DNA of 64,000 bases from positions 1-64,000 of the forward strand of contig CAZFHY010000006.1 of the NCBI GenBank assembly GCA_964519305.1, written 5' to 3'. Under the pieces are notes generated by a model. It worked only from the letters and a program-made list of their open reading frames with translations, did not search any database and had not been told where the DNA came from. Origin of the DNA: Candidatus Undinarchaeota archaeon (lineage in GTDB: Archaea > SpSt-1190 > JASMDC01). Position numbers and translations under genes: made by a program. Below are positions 58,005 through 64,000 of this stretch, one piece after another. Within the stretch, counting starts at the first letter, position 1. Each line of letters starts with the position of its first letter.

Positions 58005-58714
58005 GCAGGTACAGCACCCTCCTGGCCTACGACCTGCGGAAGCTGAGCCGGGACTTCATCGTCATATATTCCGTGGTTGCCACCCTGATGATGGTCCTAC
58101 TGGTCAGATGGTTCGCCCCGCGGATCATCATCCCCGGGCTCGGGCCGCTGGCGCCCTACTACCCGGTCATCGTCGTCCTCATCGCCGTGGTCTACGGCCC
58201 CCTCGTGTACGGCTTCATCTCCGGGTTCATGCTCCTTGACGAGAAGGACGACAACGTGGCCATCGCCCTTCGGGTGCTCCCGTTGCCCCCGGAGACGTTC
58301 ATCACCTATCGCATGATCATCTCGGCCGTGGGTGCCTTCGTGTTCAGCACCTTCGCCCTGGTGGGCACCGGCCTCGTCCCCGTGCCGGCCCCGGCCGTAC
58401 TGGGTGCGGCCCTCCTCATCGCCACAGAGGGCCCCATGCTGGCCCTCTTCCTAGCCGCCACCGCCGGGAACAAGGTCGAGGGGATCGCCATCCTCAAGGT
58501 CCTGGGCATCCCGTTCATGCTCCCCCTGCTCAGCTTCTTCGTGACAGCCCCCTTGCACTATCCCCTGGCCATCCTCCCCATGTACTGGCCAACAAGGATC
58601 CTCTTCCTGGCCATGGAGGGGGCTGTATGGTGGCACCATTTCGCCATAGGTGCTGTGGTCCATGCCCTGTTCCTGCGGGAGTTCGTCCGGCGCTTTGCGA
58701 ACCGGGCGCTCTAG
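58001..58714 (+). CDS. ABC-2-type permease, second subunit
   Basis: GFMLLDEKDD, NKVEG, P.YWP; multi-TM. Confidence 0.85.
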   Translation: MSRYSTLLAYDLRKLSRDFIVIYSVVATLMMVLLVRWFAPRIIIPGLGPLAPYYPVIVVLIAVVYGPLVYGFISGFMLLDEKDDNVAIALRVLPLPPETFITYRMIISAVGAFVFSTFALVGTGLVPVPAPAVLGAALLIATEGPMLALFLAATAGNKVEGIAILKVLGIPFMLPLLSFFVTAPLHYPLAILPMYWPTRILFLAMEGAVWWHHFAIGAVVHALFLREFVRRFANRAL

Positions 58715-58751
58715 TGCTGCGTGAACGCACCGCTAACTAGGGAGAAAAACG

Positions 58752-58824
58752 CGCCCTGGACAGGATTTGAACCTGCGACCTGCAGATTAACAGTCTGCCG
58801 CTCTACCTACTAAGCTACCAGGGC
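58752..58824 (-). tRNA. tRNA-Asn (GTT)
   Basis: GCCCTGGTAGCTTAGTAGGTAGAGCGGCAGA-CTGTTAA-TCTGCAGGTCGCAGGTTCAAATCCTGTCCAGGGCG. Confidence 0.96.
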
Positions 58825-58886
58825 TCTTTTCCAGCAGGCCGCTTTTCTTTTTTTAAACCTTTCGACACCCGTCCTATCGTATCCTT

Positions 58887-59558
58887 ATGGCCGATGCCAG
58901 CATCGCGCACAGGCCCCTGTCCGAGGACGTCCAGGAGCTGCTCAATTCTTTCGGTGGAAAGGACATACCGGTGTCAGCGCTCATGGAGCGCATCGAGGAC
59001 CGGGGATTCGGTTTCATCCTCATGCTTGTGGCGCTCCCCTCCGGTCTGCCCATCCCTGCCGCTGGTTACTCCATACCATTCGGCCTCGTGATAATCCTCC
59101 TGGGCCTCCAGCTCATAACGGGGCGGCATGTCCCCTGGATCCCGGCCTTCCTGCGCAAGAAGAGCATCCCCCACTCTTTCGTGACCTCCTTCCTTGAGAA
59201 GGGCATAGGTGTGCTGCGCTTCACAGAAAGGTTCACTCGCCCCCGGTTCACCGTCCTCACGACCAACCACCTCTTCCGGTCGTTCTTCTCGCTGTTCATC
59301 ATGCTCATGGGCACGAGCATGCTCATCCCCATCCCGCTCACAAACACCGCTCCCGCCTTCTCGGTTTTCGTCATGGGGCTCGGGCTGCTCTACGCCGACG
59401 GTCTGGTCATGGCGGCAGGGTTCTGCTGCTCGCTCATCGCGGGCACGATCTCCCTTTCAGTGCTCTATTTCACCTACTATATCGGACTTGAGGTTGGGCA
59501 TTCCCTGGTAGGGTTCGTGCGCTACCTGCTGGGGCTCGGTCCGGCGCCGTGGGCATAG
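58887..59558 (+). CDS. exoD: Exopolysaccharide synthesis ExoD-family membrane protein
   Basis: RGFGFIL..ALP..LPIP, PWIP, IPIPLTNTAP, DG. Confidence 0.85.
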   Translation: MADASIAHRPLSEDVQELLNSFGGKDIPVSALMERIEDRGFGFILMLVALPSGLPIPAAGYSIPFGLVIILLGLQLITGRHVPWIPAFLRKKSIPHSFVTSFLEKGIGVLRFTERFTRPRFTVLTTNHLFRSFFSLFIMLMGTSMLIPIPLTNTAPAFSVFVMGLGLLYADGLVMAAGFCCSLIAGTISLSVLYFTYYIGLEVGHSLVGFVRYLLGLGPAPWA

Positions 59559-59596
59559 TAAAAGCCCTTAAACCTTGAGCGTCCCCTTTCTTCCCC

Positions 59597-60613
59597 GTGG
59601 ACCCGCGCCTCGCCGACGCAATCCAGGAGAAGCATCTGAACGCGCTCCTCGCAGCTGACGAGGATACGGTGTTCTATCTGACCGGCTGCCTGCGGCAGGA
59701 GGCTGCGCTGGCGGTGGTAACCCCCGAGCGTATCGCGGTCGTTGTCCCCAAGTTCGAGCGCACGCGTGCCGAGGAGGACGCTCGTGAGGGGGTCGAGGTA
59801 CTGCTGTATGAGGACTTCGATAGCAAGCTCTACAAAGCTGCAAGGGCCTTGATGCCCGGTCAGCCTCATCCGAGGGTCGCGTTCCCTCACAAGCTCACCC
59901 CGCACCACACGGCCCGGACACTTCGCAACCGGCTGCGCTCGGTGCGCTGGACCGATGCCACTGCCTTGCTCGACGGCCTGCGCTCGTGCAAGACCGACGA
60001 CGAGGTCGCCCGCCTGCGTCGCGCGTGTGAGGTTACCCGTGGTGTGCTCGACCGTTTGATGGAGAACGGACCGGGAGATGCTACCACCGAGGGCGAGCTT
60101 CGGGCCGAGGTGGAGGGCTCCTTCCTCCGCGAGGGCTGTGAGATCGCCTTCCCATCGATCGTGGCGGCCGGACGCAACAGCCGGTTGCCCCACGCCAGTA
60201 CCACAACTGCACCTCTAGAGGGGGTCGTGCTGGTGGACTGTGGCGCACGATATGCCGGCTACTGTGGGGACATGACACGTACCATCCCGCGGACCGGGGA
60301 ACAGGAGGATGTCCTCGCCCGCGTCAAGGAGGCGCAGCAGGCCGCCCTGCGAGCGATCAAGCCCGGAGTTCCCCTAGTGGACGTCGATGCGGCGGCGAGG
60401 GAGGCATTGGGCGAGCTCGCTGAGCGCTTCACCCATAGTCTGGGTCACGGTGTGGGCATCGCTGTGCATGAGGCGCCCACGGTGAGCTCGAAGGCGGAGG
60501 GCACTGTGGAACGTGGAATGGTGTTCACGGTCGAGCCCGGTGTCTATATGGATGACTGGGGCGTCCGATGGGAGGACTGTGTCCACGTCACCGACCGGGC
60601 CCGACCGCTCTAA
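59597..60613 (+). CDS. M24 Xaa-Pro peptidase
   Basis: VDCGA..GYCGDMTRT, HSLGHGVGIAVHE, TVEPGVY, VRWED. Confidence 0.93.
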   Translation: MDPRLADAIQEKHLNALLAADEDTVFYLTGCLRQEAALAVVTPERIAVVVPKFERTRAEEDAREGVEVLLYEDFDSKLYKAARALMPGQPHPRVAFPHKLTPHHTARTLRNRLRSVRWTDATALLDGLRSCKTDDEVARLRRACEVTRGVLDRLMENGPGDATTEGELRAEVEGSFLREGCEIAFPSIVAAGRNSRLPHASTTTAPLEGVVLVDCGARYAGYCGDMTRTIPRTGEQEDVLARVKEAQQAALRAIKPGVPLVDVDAAAREALGELAERFTHSLGHGVGIAVHEAPTVSSKAEGTVERGMVFTVEPGVYMDDWGVRWEDCVHVTDRARPL

Positions 60614-60653
60614 AACGGAAGATTTTAACTACTTGGCCCCTTTTGCACATCCC

Positions 60654-61970
60654 ATGGCCTCGGAGGATATCTTCCAGCTAAGCGAAAAGCTCAGCCAGTT
60701 CAAGACCACTCAGGATACCGTGGTCACCAAGCTCACTTCCATCAGTTCTGACATCTCCAAGCAGCTCAAGGACGTGCGAGGCGAGCTCGTCCAGTTCACG
60801 AAGGAGAAGCAGAACATCCAGAACATGGGGTTCAAGCTCGAAGTGATGGAGGCCGAACTGGGCAAGCTCAGGACAAAGCTCGACCAGTCCGATGATACCA
60901 TCGAGACCACCCTCAAGGACGAGACCACCATCCGCGCCAAGGTTTCCGAGCTCATCGGCAAGGTCGTTGACCTGGAGACGAGGCTCAACGAGGCCGAGTC
61001 CAGCTTCCTGTCGAGACTTGCGCACATCGATGCCGTGTCCGCCGAGGTATCCAAGATCCATCTCACCATAGAGCACATGGAGAACGTGCTCGACTATCAC
61101 GAGAACGATTCAGAGGGTCACAAGACCCGTATCGAGCTCGCTCACGAGCAGCTCGACGAGGTCCAGGAGGCGCTGACCAAGTCAACGACGTCCGCCCTGG
61201 AGACGGCTAAAGAAGTGGGCATCTTCAAGAAGTCGCTCACCGGCTTCACCGAGGACATCTCCCGTGTCGACGGGAAGCTCGCGGAATTTGGCTCACGGCT
61301 GGACAATGCGTCTTCCGAGCGCAACGCCATCACCGGGGACGTGAAGGAGCTGACCTCACGTTTCGACGGCCTGCAGGAGAACGTGTCCACCGCCTTCCTC
61401 GTCAAGGACGAGGTGAACCGGAACAAGCGCGAGCTGGAGGAGCACCGGGACCGGATAAAGGACCTCCAGCGCGTGAGCACCCAGATCATCTCACGGCTCC
61501 AGGCAGAGGAGGAGACGGTAAAGGAGGTGCTGGAGCGCGAGTCCAAGAAGCGACTGACCGCCCTGGAGAAGGACCTGAGCGGTATGGTCGACGAGCGTAT
61601 CAAGACGTTCACTGCCCGCCTCGACGAGGAGGCCAAGGCCGTAGAGGCCCGCGCTGCCACGCTCGAGGAGTGGAGCAAGCGCATGGCCGCCAAGGAGAAG
61701 GAGATAGACTCCGGACTGGCCCGCCTCGGCGTGGTGAAGGAGGGCGAGTTCGAGACCCTGAAGGGGACCGTGAGCGCCCTGAACACCTCTGTGTCGAAGC
61801 TGGAGAAGGGGCAGGCGAAGGAGATCAAGCAGACGTCCGAGCGTCAGGAGCGCGACCACGGACGCCTCAAGAAGCTCGAGACCAAGATGGACAAGACCCT
61901 TGAGATGATCAAGGGGCTGTCGGATCACATCAACAAGGTCAACGACAAGGTCGACCTGCTGCAGTTCTGA
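60654..61970 (+). CDS. Long coiled-coil protein
   Basis: Heptad-rich, essentially no Pro; start re-assigned to MASEDIF. Confidence 0.75.
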   Translation: MASEDIFQLSEKLSQFKTTQDTVVTKLTSISSDISKQLKDVRGELVQFTKEKQNIQNMGFKLEVMEAELGKLRTKLDQSDDTIETTLKDETTIRAKVSELIGKVVDLETRLNEAESSFLSRLAHIDAVSAEVSKIHLTIEHMENVLDYHENDSEGHKTRIELAHEQLDEVQEALTKSTTSALETAKEVGIFKKSLTGFTEDISRVDGKLAEFGSRLDNASSERNAITGDVKELTSRFDGLQENVSTAFLVKDEVNRNKRELEEHRDRIKDLQRVSTQIISRLQAEEETVKEVLERESKKRLTALEKDLSGMVDERIKTFTARLDEEAKAVEARAATLEEWSKRMAAKEKEIDSGLARLGVVKEGEFETLKGTVSALNTSVSKLEKGQAKEIKQTSERQERDHGRLKKLETKMDKTLEMIKGLSDHINKVNDKVDLLQF

Positions 61971-61973
61971 GAC

Positions 61974-63653
61974 CTAAGCTCCGATCTTTGCGAACACCAG
62001 ATTGGTGACAGCGTCCAGGTCCTCGCGGGATTCGACGCGAAGCCGTTCCACCTCGGTCCGAAGGTCTCTTACGTAGGCCTCGTCGGTGATGTCGGCGAGG
62101 TTGATGAGCACGTTCATGGCCGCGCCCTCTACACCCGCGAAGGCAGTGAGCGCACCGACACCAGCGTCAGTGATGGACGCGGTGTGACCCTTCTCGGCAG
62201 CGAACCGTGCCTCGGCCAGTGCCTTCCGGCAGTCGCGCAGGGTGGTCAGAGGCACGTTGGCGGCCTCCTTGTAGGCGTCCTGGATGGCCTGCGAGCGTAC
62301 CGCCCGCTCCTCATCTGTCGCCTTGGGCATCCGCATGGCGGTGATTACACAGTTGAACGCCTCGGTGTCCCGGTCCACGGCGTCCACGAGCCGCTCCCGC
62401 AGCACGTGGGCCGCAGCGCCGTGCTCGAGCATGACCTTGCGCTTGTCCCGGAGCCGGGGCTTGCCCGCGGTGATGGCGTCCACCATGGAGGCCAGTCCGG
62501 CGCCAAGAGCACCGGTCAGCGCGGCCACTGAGCCGCCGCCGGGAGCCACCGTGTCCCTCGAGACCTCCTCCACGAGGCAAGAGGCGGACAGGTCCATGAG
62601 CGGTGAGACGCGGGGCAGGCGGTACTCCACTACCTTCATGTCAGGATCAAAGGGAGCGACCGAGTCGAGCCCCAGCGACTGGCGCGCAGTGGTGACCAGG
62701 TCGCGACGGGGCACTGAAGTGGACCTGCCCTGTCGCTCAAGGTAGTACTGTCCTGCGACCAGAAGGGCGTCCTCGGGCACGAGCCCTACGACCTCCGAGC
62801 CAGTGACCACGACGCCGAGCTTCTCGGCCTCCTCCCTGCACGCTTCGTACACGACATGGACCGGAGTCGCCCGGTGGTCTGTGATGTTGATGGACACCTG
62901 GGCGCATCCGTACTCCTCGATATACCAACCGATGGCCTTCACACCCTTCAACCGGCCCTTGGTCCAGACGAAGCTGCCGTCCTTGTTACGCAGCGGCTCG
63001 TGGAACTCGTTGTACTCGGGAAGGCCCTTCTCACGAACAGCGCCCCCGATGCGGCGAGCGAGCTTGGCGTTGGTAGTGTTGAGATTGACGTTGTAGGCTA
63101 TGAGGAACGCCCGGGCGCCGATGACCGTGGCGCCGCTCCTGGCGTTGAAGGTCGCCGGACCCAAGTCGGGCTTCCACTCTTTGTCCTTGAGCTTCTCGGC
63201 CAGCCCCTCGTACTCGCCATCGCGGATGTCGGCAAGGTTCTTGCGCTTGGGGCTGGAGGCCGCGTGCTCGTAGAGATAAACAGGGATATCCAGCTCCTTA
63301 CCCACGCGTTCACCGACGCGACGGGCGATGGCCGCGCACTCGTCCATGGTGACGCCCCGGACCGGGACGAACGGGCACACGTCACAGGCGCCCATGCGGG
63401 GGTGGGCCCCCGAGTGGCCGGCCATGTCGATTACTTCGCTGGCGGCCTTGATGCCCTGGAAAGCGGCCTCCGCAACGGCCTCTGGTGTGCCGACGAGCGT
63501 GACGACGGTGCGGTTGGTGTCCGCTCCCGGGTCCACGTCCAGCAGGACCGCGCCATCGACCGCGCTGATTGCATCGGTGATGTGCTTGATCTTGGCCTTG
63601 TCCCGTCCCTCGCTGAAGTTCGGTACACATTCGACGACCTTGTCCATTGACAT
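61974..63653 (-). CDS. ftcd: Glutamate formiminotransferase-cyclodeaminase (bifunctional)
   Basis: VECVPNFSEGRD, HPRMGACDVCPFVP, APGGGSVAAL. Confidence 0.93.
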   Translation of the reverse strand: MSMDKVVECVPNFSEGRDKAKIKHITDAISAVDGAVLLDVDPGADTNRTVVTLVGTPEAVAEAAFQGIKAASEVIDMAGHSGAHPRMGACDVCPFVPVRGVTMDECAAIARRVGERVGKELDIPVYLYEHAASSPKRKNLADIRDGEYEGLAEKLKDKEWKPDLGPATFNARSGATVIGARAFLIAYNVNLNTTNAKLARRIGGAVREKGLPEYNEFHEPLRNKDGSFVWTKGRLKGVKAIGWYIEEYGCAQVSINITDHRATPVHVVYEACREEAEKLGVVVTGSEVVGLVPEDALLVAGQYYLERQGRSTSVPRRDLVTTARQSLGLDSVAPFDPDMKVVEYRLPRVSPLMDLSASCLVEEVSRDTVAPGGGSVAALTGALGAGLASMVDAITAGKPRLRDKRKVMLEHGAAAHVLRERLVDAVDRDTEAFNCVITAMRMPKATDEERAVRSQAIQDAYKEAANVPLTTLRDCRKALAEARFAAEKGHTASITDAGVGALTAFAGVEGAAMNVLINLADITDEAYVRDLRTEVERLRVESREDLDAVTNLVFAKIGA

Positions 63654-63796
63654 CCCGGCGCGGCACACCCGGACGAGGTTTAAGAACGTTTCCCCGCCGC
63701 CTGCCACCGGCCCCCACGGAGCTCAGGATGGTCCAAGAATGGTACTAAAGCATGTTTTAGTACTCTTCATCCGATTTGATAGATAACAGGTACTGA

Positions 63797-64000
63797 CTAA
63801 GGTGTCACCCGGATGACCTGGAGGTAGGTGACGTCGCCCTCCGAGTCCACAACGCCCATCCAGATGCGCTTTTTTACCGAGTGGGCCAGGCGCACAAGGC
63901 GTGTGAGCTCGGGCACTGAGCACTGGTAGCTCTCTGACGTGGCGTGGACCAGGAACTTGGCATGCTCCTGGACGGAGCGACGGCCTTTGCGCGGGCGTAC
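63797..64000 (-). CDS. endA: tRNA-intron endonuclease, C-terminal part (not in ORF track)
   Basis: ...EHAKFLVH...RLVRLAHSVKKRIWMGVVDSEGDVTYLQVIRVTP*. Confidence 0.85.
   Translation of the reverse strand, partial: VRPRKGRRSVQEHAKFLVHATSESYQCSVPELTRLVRLAHSVKKRIWMGVVDSEGDVTYLQVIRVTP

Noticed and set aside
58752-58824. Integration site at tRNA-Asn
   Set aside because: No duplicate of its 3' end and no integrase nearby

Overview
High-GC archaeal DNA. The evidence is a tRNA-splicing endonuclease, an archaeal adenylate kinase, an HMG-CoA synthase/thiolase/DUF35 cluster and class III signal-peptide pilins of the QAAMEFLMxYGW type. The pilins suggest a DPANN-like lineage, which is inference only. 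1-7.1 kb is the end of an integrated element at tRNA-Glu, carrying a type I R-M system and a tyrosine integrase. 7.2-22.8 kb is an accessory region. Its left part (7.2-15.6 kb) holds a Cas2/VapD-like gene, MNT-HEPN and PIN toxin-antitoxin pairs and an AAA ATPase, separated by a recurring non-coding repeat family (TTACTG-N10-CAGTAA palindrome, GC hairpin, shared leader). The region also has two pilin-like adhesins with different C-termini. Its right part holds a Cache sensor, a solute-binding-protein/C13 (legumain-like) protease fusion and five small single-TM proteins that all carry a P-A-N motif at a nearly fixed distance from the membrane. This is the best candidate for an undescribed system. 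22.8-32.5 kb is lipid/mevalonate and housekeeping genes. 32.5-56 kb holds giant Cys-rich surface proteins (one with an NlpC/P60 domain, one with a split LamG domain, one with 7x342-bp repeats) and a REC-multiPAS-DUF835-wHTH regulator. 56-64 kb holds an ABC exporter, tRNA-Asn, ExoD, an M24 peptidase, FTCD and the end of endA. All calls are by eye and no searches were run.
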